Positions 47,156 to 57,777 of a DNA stretch of 64,000 nucleotides are shown piece by piece (within the stretch, counting starts at the first letter, position 1; the number at the start of each line of letters is the position of its first letter). Position numbers and translations under genes: made by a program. The stretch comes from Candidatus Helarchaeota archaeon (GTDB taxonomy: Archaea > Asgardarchaeota > Lokiarchaeia > Helarchaeales > RDOG01), in assembly GCA_019058315.1 (NCBI GenBank), contig JAHPZH010000001.1:96001-160000 (forward strand), read 5' to 3'. Under the pieces are notes generated by a model. That model was not told the origin of the DNA. It did not search any database and saw nothing but the letters and a program-made list of their open reading frames with translations.

Positions 47156-48130
47156 TCAATTTAGTTTTAAATGCTTATTATTGTCTCTTATTTTTTCTCC
47201 GATAAAATAAAACAAATTATTCACATTAAATCCAGTCTTTGCAGAAGTTTGAAAAAATTCAAATCCAAGTTCACTTGCCTTTCTTCTTCCTACCTCTGGA
47301 GAAATAACTTTTTCTCCATTTAAATCTATTTTGTTCCCAACTAATAAAAAAATACTATCCTTTCTAGCATAAGGTTTTATTTCATCTACCCATCTATCAA
47401 TTTCTTCAAAACTATTCAAATTAGAAACATCATACAAAATTACAAAAGATTCCGTATTTGGATAATAAATTTTTCTAAGTTTTTTAAAAGATTTTTGCCC
47501 TGATACATCCCATGCAGTAAATGAGGCATTTATATCTGAATTAAGATTATAGGAGTGTTTTTTTACATCAACTCCTAAAGTTGGTATATATTGAGAGTCA
47601 AATTCACCTTTAGAAAATTTATTCAATAAAGAGGTTTTTCCTACCCCAGGATTTCCTATTACCACGATCTTATAAGCGATATTATTTCTTGGTTTAAGTT
47701 TTCTTTCATTTTCGTCAATTGAAGATTTAGATTTACGTATGATACTCGACTTTTCAAATTTGAACTCTGTATCTAAAATATTAGAAAAATCTCTAAATTT
47801 AGAAAGTTTTCCGTCCCAATCTTCAAGATCTCCGTATTTTTCTAAAAATAAATTTCCAATATCTGCCATTATTTCTTTTAGCCCATTAATTTCCTCTGAT
47901 CGATCACAACCAAGAACGATAAAAATAGGATCTAGATTCATATAAATGAATTTTGCATCCTTCAAAATTATACTATCTATATTTCCCTTTCCACTTTCAT
48001 TAGCAAAATTATCGAGTGCAACAAAGAACCCAGAAAATAAATCATTATCAATATTTGATGTTGTTTTATTAAAATTTTTATAAAATAAGTTTTGTCCGCT
48101 ATTTTTTATTATCCAAATGCTATTTATCAT
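47156..48130 (-). CDS. longin domain-Rab-like small GTPase fusion (paralogue)
   Basis: GNPGVGKTS, PTLGVD, WDVSGQ, NKID, QTSAK; colinear with 46046. Confidence 0.88.
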   Translation of the reverse strand: MINSIWIIKNSGQNLFYKNFNKTTSNIDNDLFSGFFVALDNFANESGKGNIDSIILKDAKFIYMNLDPIFIVLGCDRSEEINGLKEIMADIGNLFLEKYGDLEDWDGKLSKFRDFSNILDTEFKFEKSSIIRKSKSSIDENERKLKPRNNIAYKIVVIGNPGVGKTSLLNKFSKGEFDSQYIPTLGVDVKKHSYNLNSDINASFTAWDVSGQKSFKKLRKIYYPNTESFVILYDVSNLNSFEEIDRWVDEIKPYARKDSIFLLVGNKIDLNGEKVISPEVGRRKASELGFEFFQTSAKTGFNVNNLFYFIGEKIRDNNKHLKLN

Positions 48131-48380
48131 AAATCTAGGAGCTCCTTTTTAGTACATAAATTTTGGTCTATCGGAATATAACAATATAATGATATACCAA
48201 TAATTTATATACAAAACACCTACTTATATTTTTCTATTATTTTTTAAGATGATGTTAAATAATTAAGAATTTTAAATTGATTTTAAAAATAGTAAATATT
48301 TGGGAGGATTTAACTTAATTAATCGTTATTTTACTATAGACCAATAATATGAAAATAAATAAAAAAATGGGAATAAGATT

Positions 48381-50225
48381 TTAAGAATTTTTTAAATCCT
48401 CTATAACATATCTAAGTCCTAGTTCAATTAATTTCTCTTTTTTTGGAGTTCCCTTTTCCAAATCCCAACCTCGTTCATCATAATAATCATCCAGTAGTTT
48501 ATTTGCTAACTCATTAGTAATTTTTACTCCACCATAGAAATATTTAATCCTCTTTTTAATCAATTTCTCAGGAAACTCATCATGTTTCCTATTAAAACCC
48601 TCCCTAACGTTAGCAACTTTAAGAAGATTCCATGACCTTTCAGCTGCTTTCATAAGTTCTTCTCTACTAATTTCAATTCCAGTTACAAAGGAATATAGTT
48701 CAGTACAAAGTTTGGCACTATAAAATCTATTAATTTGTGCTCTCGCACATATTCCTAACGAACCTAATGCAGTAAACCACTCTTCGGAATATTTAGTAAG
48801 CCGTCCAATATTCAATCCCATCTCCTTAATGGGTGGTTTAAATATTCTATCCATTGCATCTTCTGGAACGCCCATTCTATCAAAATGAGATCTGAAATCA
48901 TCTAGCTTACGTCCTGGGGCAAAGTAAGTAGGAGAACCACCCGCAGCATCATGACTTCCTCTAGGATTAACAAATTGCTCAAATTCCATTGTTCCAAGAT
49001 TAAACATCTTTGGATCTAAAATTAAATTTTGTTTTTTAACTAATGGAATTTTCTTAACGGCTTCTTTACCAAATCGATTAATTACACCTTCAAATCCATC
49101 TGCTAAAATATCTCCAAATCCTTTTCGATATGAAATATTCTCAAGTAATTTTGATAACGTTTCAAAATCATTTTTTATCTCTAAATCAGTTTCTTCAAAA
49201 GTTAGGATTCCTCGTTTATATAAACTTTTAACTAAGGGAAATAACGCCATAATTGTTATTGAATCCAGCCCATATCTATTCATTAAATCAAAACTTTTAA
49301 TATTTTCATCATAAGTGCCAAAATTCATTGCAAGAAGTGCATACGCATTTACCACAGATGCTTCATACGATACTAATCCCTCAAACCTTCCTTCTTTTAT
49401 CTGAATTACATCTTTATCTCCAATTGGACAAGATGGGCATGCTATCCTCGCTTTTTTCAAATTATCAAGATAAAAATCCTTAGGTACAATGGGTGCTGTC
49501 CGAATTAATCCAAATTTGACCCAATCTTCACGATGTTTATAATTTCTTATTCGCTCGTATAACTCTTTATGTATTTTCATTAATTTTTTTGGCTCTGCTA
49601 CATTTACACCCTTGCTCCCATGAGCAATGATGGCCTTTAGATTTTTTGACCCCAATACCGCACCTGCCCCTCCTCTTCCAATGGTTGAAATTTTATCAAC
49701 TAAAGCAATTGAATATTTAACCAAATTTTCTCCTGATTGCCCAATTGAAATAATTCCACAATTACCATGAAGTTTCCATAAATCATCCGCAGTTTGATTT
49801 GTATCTTTTCCCCATAAATTAGTTGCATCTTCTAAACTCACATTATCATCAAAAATTTTTAGATAAATAGGAGAATCTGCTCTCCCAGTAATTATTATAT
49901 GATCATAACCTGCATTCTTCAACATCATTCCAAAACTCATTGACCCTCCTGTCCAAGCAACTGCATTATTCATTGGCACTTTCGTTGTTATATATATCCT
50001 AGAAGTTGAAGGTAAAATAGTTCCAACAAGTGGACCTACACCAATTACTATAGGATTATCCGGGGAAAAAGGATCTATTTTTGGAGTGAAAATATCATAG
50101 AATAATTTTATATTGATACCAAGACCGCCAATGAAGTCTTTAATAAGTTTATCATCAAGTTTTTTTAGTTTTATTTCTTTATTAGTCAAATTTACATGTA
50201 ATATTTTCCCAGAATAACCAAACAT
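48381..50225 (-). CDS. aor: tungsten aldehyde:ferredoxin oxidoreductase family
   Basis: GYSGKILHVNL, FIGGLG, AGYD, GRGGAGAVLGSKNLKAI, GLDSI, SLGIC, YYDERGWD. Confidence 0.9.
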   Translation of the reverse strand: MFGYSGKILHVNLTNKEIKLKKLDDKLIKDFIGGLGINIKLFYDIFTPKIDPFSPDNPIVIGVGPLVGTILPSTSRIYITTKVPMNNAVAWTGGSMSFGMMLKNAGYDHIIITGRADSPIYLKIFDDNVSLEDATNLWGKDTNQTADDLWKLHGNCGIISIGQSGENLVKYSIALVDKISTIGRGGAGAVLGSKNLKAIIAHGSKGVNVAEPKKLMKIHKELYERIRNYKHREDWVKFGLIRTAPIVPKDFYLDNLKKARIACPSCPIGDKDVIQIKEGRFEGLVSYEASVVNAYALLAMNFGTYDENIKSFDLMNRYGLDSITIMALFPLVKSLYKRGILTFEETDLEIKNDFETLSKLLENISYRKGFGDILADGFEGVINRFGKEAVKKIPLVKKQNLILDPKMFNLGTMEFEQFVNPRGSHDAAGGSPTYFAPGRKLDDFRSHFDRMGVPEDAMDRIFKPPIKEMGLNIGRLTKYSEEWFTALGSLGICARAQINRFYSAKLCTELYSFVTGIEISREELMKAAERSWNLLKVANVREGFNRKHDEFPEKLIKKRIKYFYGGVKITNELANKLLDDYYDERGWDLEKGTPKKEKLIELGLRYVIEDLKNS

Positions 50226-50453
50226 TTATTCCTCCACCCTTTCTAATGCTTTATATAAACAATATTTAGCACATAGACCGCAATTATTGCATTCACTTGT
50301 AAAACTAATCTTTTTTGTATGGTCAATAGTTTGAATTCGTATAAATGCTTCCGATGGATTGAAGATCTTTCTATGAGTAAAAGAACATATAAGTTGACAA
50401 GTTAAACAGCCGGTACAATTTTGATCGTGAATAATAATTTTATTGGTTTGCAT
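50226..50453 (-). CDS. 2x[4Fe-4S] ferredoxin-like AOR partner
   Basis: CTGCLTCQLICS and CNNCGLCAKYC. Its stop abuts the aor start (TAAATG). Confidence 0.88.
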   Translation of the reverse strand: MQTNKIIIHDQNCTGCLTCQLICSFTHRKIFNPSEAFIRIQTIDHTKKISFTSECNNCGLCAKYCLYKALERVEE

Positions 50454-50512
50454 AAAAACATCTCTTAAAAAAAAGAAAATATAATGTGGTTTATTATAAT
50501 GAATTTTTAGAT

Positions 50513-52264
50513 CTATTCTTTTGCCGCTTGTATTTTTTGTAACTCTTTTTGTAACAATGATCTTCTCATAGTTTTACCAACAGGTGTTTTAGGTATCATG
50601 CCTATGAATTCAACCTGTCTAGGGTATTTATAGGCAGCCATATTTTCTTTAGCCCAATCAATAATTTCCTGTTCGGTAATCTTGTCAACATATTCCGGTT
50701 TTATTTTAATAAATGCTTTAATAGTTTCGCCAGACAATTCATCAGGTATTCCTATAACTCCACAATCCATAACTGCAGGATGCTCGAATAACCCATCTTC
50801 AACTTCTGCGGGTAACACTCGATATCCTTTATATTTGATTTGCTCTTTTGTTCTACCAACAATGAAGAAAAATCCATTTTCATCCATATATGCCACGTCT
50901 CCTGTTCGTAGCCAGAGATTACCCTTCTCGTCTTCTATTAATGTGTTCTTAGTTGCTTCTGGATTTCTCCAGTATCCTTTCATTACTTGAGGTCCTCGAA
51001 GTAGCAGTTCTCCCTGTTGTCCTGGTTCTAATTCGGTAATATAATCGGGTGGTTCTACAATTTTTGCATCGGTGTCAACAACGGGGAAACCAATGCTTTT
51101 GGGGTTTATTTCTTCCCAAGACTGTGCCCAATGGCATAAGCAATTTACTTCAGTTAGTCCATAACCATTAGTAACTTTCAATCCCGTACGATCCCCCCAA
51201 ACTTTTGCAACTTTATACGGTAAGGGTGCTGAACCAGAACCACAAGTTTCTAATGCGGAAAGATCTCGCGTTTTAAAATCCGGATGATTTATTAGGAAAT
51301 TATATGCGGTTGGAACTGTAGTAAATCCTGTTATTTTATAGCGTTCTAGCAATTCTAGAGTGAGACCTGGGTCAAACGAGGACAGGATGATCAAGGATCC
51401 CGCACTCGCAACACTAACGTTTAGGATAAAGAATCCCATAGCATGACATAAAGGGTTTGTGGTTATGGTTCTAGTAGCTCCAATTGTTTTAAAAGCTTCT
51501 TCATAGGAACCTTTCCAGGTACCTGCTGTTGAAGTACCAAAAAACTGGAAAGCGTTGGAAATAAGATTCGAATGGGTTATCATCACGCCTTTAGGTAGTC
51601 CTGTAGTTCCGCCTGTGAATAAGAGACCTGCTAAATCTTCCTTAACATCGATTTTTACATTTGGTTCTTTCGGTGGATATTTTTTTAATAATTTTGTAAT
51701 CGTTAAGTCATCTTCCTTATCAGATGATACTTTTACTATATTCTCAACCCCTGCTTCTTTACAAGATCGTTTAACCATTCCAAAGAATTGTCTATCCGTA
51801 ATAAAAACTTTAACTATACCTGCACTATCTACGATATGTTTAATTTCTTTCTTTTTCAATAAATAATTAACAGGTATTAAAATACCGCCTGACATTCCTA
51901 CTGAGAAGGTAGCAAAGGCAAATTCGGGGCAGTTTGGTGTCATTATCGCTACACCATCACCTTTCTTAAGATTGAACTCAGAGATTAGGGCGTTACTTAA
52001 TACATTGGAATAATATTCTGTCTCATAGAATGTATATTTCGAGTCATTTAACTGGGGGAAATGCATGCAAACATTATTTGGAAAATCATTTGCTGATTTT
52101 TTTAAAAAATCAGGAAATCCGTTAAGTTTAGGATATTTAACCGTCTTAGCTACTTCTGGTGGTCTCTTTCTTAACCAAACTCTGTCTGGCCTTACCCATG
52201 GGCTCTCGTTTTCAGTATCTATTAGATCTAACCATTCAAAAAACATACTTTCATCTTCACTCAT
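50513..52264 (-). CDS. long-chain fatty acid-CoA ligase
   Basis: FTGGTTGLPKGV, GYGLTE, GPQVMKGYW, RTGD, PKTPVGK. Confidence 0.9.
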   Translation of the reverse strand: MSEDESMFFEWLDLIDTENESPWVRPDRVWLRKRPPEVAKTVKYPKLNGFPDFLKKSANDFPNNVCMHFPQLNDSKYTFYETEYYSNVLSNALISEFNLKKGDGVAIMTPNCPEFAFATFSVGMSGGILIPVNYLLKKKEIKHIVDSAGIVKVFITDRQFFGMVKRSCKEAGVENIVKVSSDKEDDLTITKLLKKYPPKEPNVKIDVKEDLAGLLFTGGTTGLPKGVMITHSNLISNAFQFFGTSTAGTWKGSYEEAFKTIGATRTITTNPLCHAMGFFILNVSVASAGSLIILSSFDPGLTLELLERYKITGFTTVPTAYNFLINHPDFKTRDLSALETCGSGSAPLPYKVAKVWGDRTGLKVTNGYGLTEVNCLCHWAQSWEEINPKSIGFPVVDTDAKIVEPPDYITELEPGQQGELLLRGPQVMKGYWRNPEATKNTLIEDEKGNLWLRTGDVAYMDENGFFFIVGRTKEQIKYKGYRVLPAEVEDGLFEHPAVMDCGVIGIPDELSGETIKAFIKIKPEYVDKITEQEIIDWAKENMAAYKYPRQVEFIGMIPKTPVGKTMRRSLLQKELQKIQAAKE

Positions 52265-52398
52265 TTTGATTCACCTTCAATTTTAAGATTGAATTAATTG
52301 AATTATTTTTTTGTCTTTATCCCTAATTATTTTAAATTAATTGATTATTTTTTTGTATATTAAGAATATCTATATTTTAATAGATAAAAAATGTTAAT

Positions 52399-52415
52399 AT
52401 TGTCAATCTGACAAT
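52399..52415. promoter_or_regulatory. perfect inverted repeat ATTGTCA-N3-TGACAAT (possible operator)
   Basis: 7-bp arms in the intergenic region between the two ligase genes. Confidence 0.35.
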
Positions 52416-52424
52416 TTTTAGATT

Positions 52425-54170
52425 TTATCCTTTAGCTGCTTTTATGTTCTGAAGTTCTTTTTCTAATAATGCTCTTCTCATTGTCTTTCCAACAGGAGTT
52501 TTAGGTATCATGCCAACAAATTCAACCATTCGAGGATATTTATAACCAGCTAAATTCTCTTTAGCCCAATCAATGATTTCCTGCTCAGTAATTTTCCCAA
52601 CATATTCAGGTTTCAATTTGATAAATGCTTTAATTGTTTCACCAGCTATTTCATCAGGCACCCCGATAACACCACAATCAAGGACTGCAGGATGCTCAAA
52701 TAATGAATCTTCAACTTCTGCAGGTAATATCCGATATCCTTTATATTTAATTTGCTCCTTAGTTCTTCCCACAATGAAGAAAAATCCATTTTTATCCATT
52801 ATAGCAACATCTCCCGTTCTTAACCAAATATTACCGTTTTCATCTTCGACCAATGTTCTTTGAGTCGCTTCTGGATTTTTCCAGTATCCTTTCATTACTT
52901 GGGGACCCCGAATAAGCAATTCTCCACGTTCTCCTGGTTTTAATTCGGTAATGTAGTCGGGTGGATCGACTATTTTTGCATCGGTATCAATAATTGGGAA
53001 GCCAATACTTTGAGGATTTATTTCTTCCCAAAAGCCTGTTCCAAGGCACATGCAAGTCACTTCAGTTAAACCATAGGCATTAGATACTTTTAATCCTGTA
53101 CGTTCTCCCCAAATTTTTGCAAGTTTATAAGGTAAAGGAGCTGAACCAGAACCACTAGCTTCTAATGAGGAAAGGTCTCGAGTTTTAAAATCTGGATGAT
53201 TAATTATAATATTATACGCTGTTGGGACTGAAGAAAATGATTTTATTCGGTATTTCTCCACCATCTTTAGAACTCCACCTGCATCAAAAGATGAAAATAA
53301 AATTAAAGAAACTGCCCCTGCAACACATAGATTCAAGATATAAAATCCCATTGCATGACATAACGGATTAACTGTTACAGTTCTTCCTGTTCCCATCTCT
53401 TTGAAGCCATCTTCATACCCTTTCCAGGAGGAACCAAAACCAGTAGAAAAAGCTTGGAAGCAATTAGATATAAGATTCGAATGAGTCAACATTACACCTT
53501 TTGGTAGACCTGTAGTTCCACCTGTGAATAAAAGTCCCGCCAAATCCTCATACACATTTATTTTTACATTTGGTTCTTTTGGAGGATATTTTTCCAATAA
53601 TTTTTGAACGGTTAAGTCATCAGGGTTATCAGAGGATATTTTTATTATATTTTCAATACCAATTTCTTTAGAAGCTCGTTTTACAATTCCAACAAATTGT
53701 CTATCTGTTATGAAAACTTTAACTATTCCTGCCGAATCAACAATGTGTTTAACTTCTTTCTTTTTTAATAAATAATTGACGGGTATTAAAGTAGCACCCG
53801 TCTGCCCAGTAGCGTACGTTGCAAAGACAAATTCAGGGCAATTTGGGGTCATAACAGCAATTCCATCACCCCTTTTCACGCCAAACTCGGAAATTAGGGC
53901 GTTGCTTAATATATCGGCATTATATTTAGTTTCATAAAATGTATATTTTAAATTTGTCTGGGTAAAATGCATACATACATTATTAGGAAAATATTGAACT
54001 GTTCTTTTCAAAAAGTCTGGGAATCCGTTAAGTTTGGGATATTTTACGGTCTTAGCTGCTTCGAGAGGTCTATTTTTTAACCAAGGGCGGTCTGGTCTGA
54101 CCCATGGACTATCATTTTCCATATCTAATACATCTAGAAAGTTAAAATCATAATTCTCCTTTTCGTTCAT
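52425..54170 (-). CDS. long-chain fatty acid-CoA ligase (tandem paralogue)
   Basis: Same motifs as 50513 and colinear with it throughout. Confidence 0.9.
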   Translation of the reverse strand: MNEKENYDFNFLDVLDMENDSPWVRPDRPWLKNRPLEAAKTVKYPKLNGFPDFLKRTVQYFPNNVCMHFTQTNLKYTFYETKYNADILSNALISEFGVKRGDGIAVMTPNCPEFVFATYATGQTGATLIPVNYLLKKKEVKHIVDSAGIVKVFITDRQFVGIVKRASKEIGIENIIKISSDNPDDLTVQKLLEKYPPKEPNVKINVYEDLAGLLFTGGTTGLPKGVMLTHSNLISNCFQAFSTGFGSSWKGYEDGFKEMGTGRTVTVNPLCHAMGFYILNLCVAGAVSLILFSSFDAGGVLKMVEKYRIKSFSSVPTAYNIIINHPDFKTRDLSSLEASGSGSAPLPYKLAKIWGERTGLKVSNAYGLTEVTCMCLGTGFWEEINPQSIGFPIIDTDAKIVDPPDYITELKPGERGELLIRGPQVMKGYWKNPEATQRTLVEDENGNIWLRTGDVAIMDKNGFFFIVGRTKEQIKYKGYRILPAEVEDSLFEHPAVLDCGVIGVPDEIAGETIKAFIKLKPEYVGKITEQEIIDWAKENLAGYKYPRMVEFVGMIPKTPVGKTMRRALLEKELQNIKAAKG

Positions 54171-54329
54171 TATAATTCACCTTCCATTCTAATATTCATT
54201 TAATTGTATTTTTCAGTCTTTATCCCCTATTTATTTTAATTGATAGTTTATTTTTTGTACATTTATAAATTTAATATTTTAAGTTTATATAACCTATTAA
54301 GTATTAGCAGTTAATAATGGAGTTTTTTT

Positions 54330-54917
54330 ATGAAAAAACCTTTGTTCTGCTTAAAATGCGGAGAAAAAATAGCTGAAGATGCTAAAATATGTGATAAATG
54401 CAAGAGTGATGCTTCAAAAAGTCCAAATCCTCTAAAAATTGAGATAAATGATATCAGTCAGAAATCTTGTTTTAATTGTAAATCAAAAAATTTAGCTCCT
54501 CTAATGTTTATTTACCACAATGGTATACCTCCAGGACGAGAAGGGCATAATGTCGTCTACGGTCATTTTTTAATCGTTGAGTGTTTAGATTGTAGGACAG
54601 GTTTTATAGAAAAAATGGACCACGATTGTTGGTCTTACGACGAAATTTGGGATTTAAATGAATGGTATGTATTAAATGAATATAATATGGGGATACTAAA
54701 AAATATATTAGAAAATTGCCCGCAGCCTCTCTCTTCATTATGCACTTGTACTCTTCACAAAACATTTAGGTCAGAAATATATTCATTACCAACCGAGCCA
54801 TGGGAAAGTGTTTCTAAAGATTTTAAACACGTCCCAAAATTTGATAAAAAACATGTACATGAAATATCATTGAAAATAGAAGGTACCAAACCAAATTTAG
54901 AAATTATATTAAAATAA
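54330..54917 (+). CDS. Cys-rich zinc-ribbon hypothetical protein
   Basis: CLKC..CDKC, CFNC, CLDC, HDCW, C.C..H. Confidence 0.6.
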   Translation: MKKPLFCLKCGEKIAEDAKICDKCKSDASKSPNPLKIEINDISQKSCFNCKSKNLAPLMFIYHNGIPPGREGHNVVYGHFLIVECLDCRTGFIEKMDHDCWSYDEIWDLNEWYVLNEYNMGILKNILENCPQPLSSLCTCTLHKTFRSEIYSLPTEPWESVSKDFKHVPKFDKKHVHEISLKIEGTKPNLEIILK

Positions 54918-54936
54918 AGTTAAAAAACATAGTTAA

Positions 54937-55839
54937 TCATTGAGATTTCTTTGATTTTAAATCCTTCAATATGAGTTTAATTTGATCAAACGCATCCATA
55001 ATTCCATCAAATCGAGTTTGTAAACCTCTTTTCCACGAAGGTCCTGTTTCTGTATAGATATAAAATATATTTTTACGAATTGCCTCAAACACAACATCAC
55101 CAACTTGATCAGCTGAAGTTCCGTAATCCCATAATTTTGGAAGTTCTTCAGCCAATTTTTCAAGTTCGGGATAATTTTTTTTAACTCTATCTATGCACGG
55201 TTCATAATCAGAATCACAAAATTCTTCTGGACGATTTCTTTCGCTATTAGCAATTTTAGTGTTCACTATTCCTGGACAAAGAACTGAAACATTAATTTTC
55301 TTTCTCAATAGCGTCAAACATGATCTTAAACTCTCAGAAAGACCTATTACTGCATGCTTAGAGACAGTATAGATTCCATTCCAAGCTTCTCCAAGTAGTA
55401 ACCCCGCCATAGATGATGTATTAACAATATGACATTCATTATCTTGCTCAATCATTATAGGAATAAAAACTCGGATCCCATGAATAATACCCCATAAGTT
55501 TACTCCTAAAGCCCAATTCCAATCAGATAAATTTAACTCCCAAAGAATTCCTGGAGCGGCAACCCCAGCATTATTACATAATATATGGACTTCTCCAAAC
55601 GCATCAATCGTTTTTTTGGCTAATATTTCAATATTTTCGGCTTTTGAAACATCTGTCAATACAGATATTACCTCTATCCCAGATGATTTTAATTCTTGTT
55701 CGGCTTGATTTAGAGAATCTTTTTCAATATCACACAATACTACTTTCATACCCTCTTTCGCAGCTCTTCTGGCTATACCAAGACCGATTCCGCTTGCCGC
55801 ACCAGTTACAACTGCTACTTTATCTTTAAATTCTTTCAT
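54937..55839 (-). CDS. short-chain dehydrogenase/reductase
   Basis: TGAASGIG, NNAG, NTSS, YTVSK, LCPG.V.T. Confidence 0.92.
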   Translation of the reverse strand: MKEFKDKVAVVTGAASGIGLGIARRAAKEGMKVVLCDIEKDSLNQAEQELKSSGIEVISVLTDVSKAENIEILAKKTIDAFGEVHILCNNAGVAAPGILWELNLSDWNWALGVNLWGIIHGIRVFIPIMIEQDNECHIVNTSSMAGLLLGEAWNGIYTVSKHAVIGLSESLRSCLTLLRKKINVSVLCPGIVNTKIANSERNRPEEFCDSDYEPCIDRVKKNYPELEKLAEELPKLWDYGTSADQVGDVVFEAIRKNIFYIYTETGPSWKRGLQTRFDGIMDAFDQIKLILKDLKSKKSQ

Positions 55840-55942
55840 AATTTTTAAGCTCTTTTTTTTTTAATAATATTAATAAAATAACATAGAATTACTAATCTTA
55901 AAAATTAAAAATTATAATAATAAATAACGATACTTTATCTAA

Positions 55943-57637
55943 TCAGACTGTTGTCCAACGTGGTTGTGGTTTTAAATTCCATGCTTGAGTTGCATACTCA
56001 CTTACCATTCTGTGAGTGTTGAAATAAGGTATTAATCGAATTGCCTGTTTCATTCTTTCAATCCAATCATTTTGCTTATTATAATATGTTGGAATAATCT
56101 CATCTTCTAATGTTTCATAAATATCATTTGCGTCTGCCTCATCATTATTAATTTCTGCATTTGGCTCGTTTGGTTTTGGTCCAATTTTCCAGCCTGCCAT
56201 GCCACCGCTTATTGCGTAGCCTTCTATAAACCAACCATCTAGTACAGAAAAATTTAAAACACCATTATGTGCTGCTTTCATTCCACTCGTTCCCGATGCC
56301 TCCATGTATCTCATGGGATTATTTAACCATACATCTACACCAGCAGTCATTAATGCGCCTAAGTCCATATCATAATTTCCTAGAAAAGCAAGACCAACCC
56401 TATAATTATCCCATAAATATTGTGAAGCCCAGAAGATATGCTTTATTATATTTTTTCCATCTTGATCCCTTGGATGAGTCTTCCCACACCATATAAACTG
56501 TGCTCTACCTTTTGCTATTTTTCCCAATCTATCAATATCGTTCAGAATCAAAGTGGCTCTTTTATATTTTGTCACTCTTCTTGCGAATCCAATTGTTAAT
56601 AATTTTTGATCTGAAAGTACCCAACTATGTGATTTTTCATAATCTAATAGCTTTGATTTTATTTTTTGATGGATTCGCCAAATTTCATTTGAATCTAAAA
56701 GATAGGCTCTATCAAAAACTGAAGGATCATGTTTCCAATTTGGAAGGGCTTCTCTGTAATAATCTGCAAATTCAGGGTGTATCCACCTTACTGTATGAAC
56801 GCCGTTAGTAATTCCGTGTATTTTATAATTTGGGTACATTTTCTGTGCTACTTCACTGTGTTTTTTAGAAACACCGTTGATATATCTTGAGAAATATAAA
56901 GCTAAATGAGTCATGTTTAATTGGTCTTTTCCTGCATATTTCTTAATCTCTTCTGGTATAAGTGAATTTCTAAAAACATCATAAACTAATCCATAATCAA
57001 ACCTATCATGTCCTGCGGGGACTGGTGTATGAGTAGTAAAAACGGTTCTTTTTCTGACTTCATCGACATCTTTCAAATCTCTTAATAATTCTAAAGTAAG
57101 AAATGCCGCATGCCCCTCATTACTATGAAAAGTATGAATATCATTATATTTCATAGCTTTTAGAATTTTAACACCACCAATACCTAATATGATTTCTTGA
57201 CAAATTCGTTGAAATGGTGTTGCATCGTATAAAACTCTCGTGAAATTTTTTTGCCATTCCTCATTTCCTTCAATATCAGTGTTCAAAAGATAAACTGGAA
57301 CTCTGTGTCCTGTATGTCCAATAATTTCATAAACCCAAGCATCAACTAAGACATCTTTTCCTTGAATATTGACCTTAACTGTTACAGGGGCTTTATCAAG
57401 AACAGATCCAAAGTCCCATCTAACATCTCGCTCAATTTGGGTCCCATCATGGCCAAGCATTTGATAGAAATATCCAGAGTTGTAAGCAAGCGTCACAGCT
57501 ATAATAGGTATCTCCAAATCTGCACAAGATTTTAAAGTATCTCCCGCAAGTACTCCTAAACCACCAGAATAGGTAGGAATATCCGCATTAAGTCCAATTT
57601 CCATGCTGAAATAAGCAATTTTAGGAACGATTTTCAT
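55943..57637 (-). CDS. glgP: alpha-glucan phosphorylase (GT35)
   Basis: AYFSMEIG, YSGGLGVLAGD, NEGHAA, FTTHTPVPAGHD, EASGTSGMKA (PLP Lys). Confidence 0.93.
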   Translation of the reverse strand: MKIVPKIAYFSMEIGLNADIPTYSGGLGVLAGDTLKSCADLEIPIIAVTLAYNSGYFYQMLGHDGTQIERDVRWDFGSVLDKAPVTVKVNIQGKDVLVDAWVYEIIGHTGHRVPVYLLNTDIEGNEEWQKNFTRVLYDATPFQRICQEIILGIGGVKILKAMKYNDIHTFHSNEGHAAFLTLELLRDLKDVDEVRKRTVFTTHTPVPAGHDRFDYGLVYDVFRNSLIPEEIKKYAGKDQLNMTHLALYFSRYINGVSKKHSEVAQKMYPNYKIHGITNGVHTVRWIHPEFADYYREALPNWKHDPSVFDRAYLLDSNEIWRIHQKIKSKLLDYEKSHSWVLSDQKLLTIGFARRVTKYKRATLILNDIDRLGKIAKGRAQFIWCGKTHPRDQDGKNIIKHIFWASQYLWDNYRVGLAFLGNYDMDLGALMTAGVDVWLNNPMRYMEASGTSGMKAAHNGVLNFSVLDGWFIEGYAISGGMAGWKIGPKPNEPNAEINNDEADANDIYETLEDEIIPTYYNKQNDWIERMKQAIRLIPYFNTHRMVSEYATQAWNLKPQPRWTTV

Positions 57638-57777
57638 ATTTTCATCTCAAGTTCACTTTTTAAATATCAAATTAAGTAATCTTCAATAGAATTTAAATTT
57701 AGCATAATATCATAAAATGTAAAATTAAACTTTTTCAATAATCAAAGATTTATATCTTCAAAAAATTTGTGATTGAT

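Noticed and set aside
46046-48130. True prenylated Rab orthologues linked to the prenyltransferase at 20 kb
   Set aside because: No C-terminal CC/CxC/CaaX motif, and ABBA enzymes are unrelated to protein prenyltransferases.
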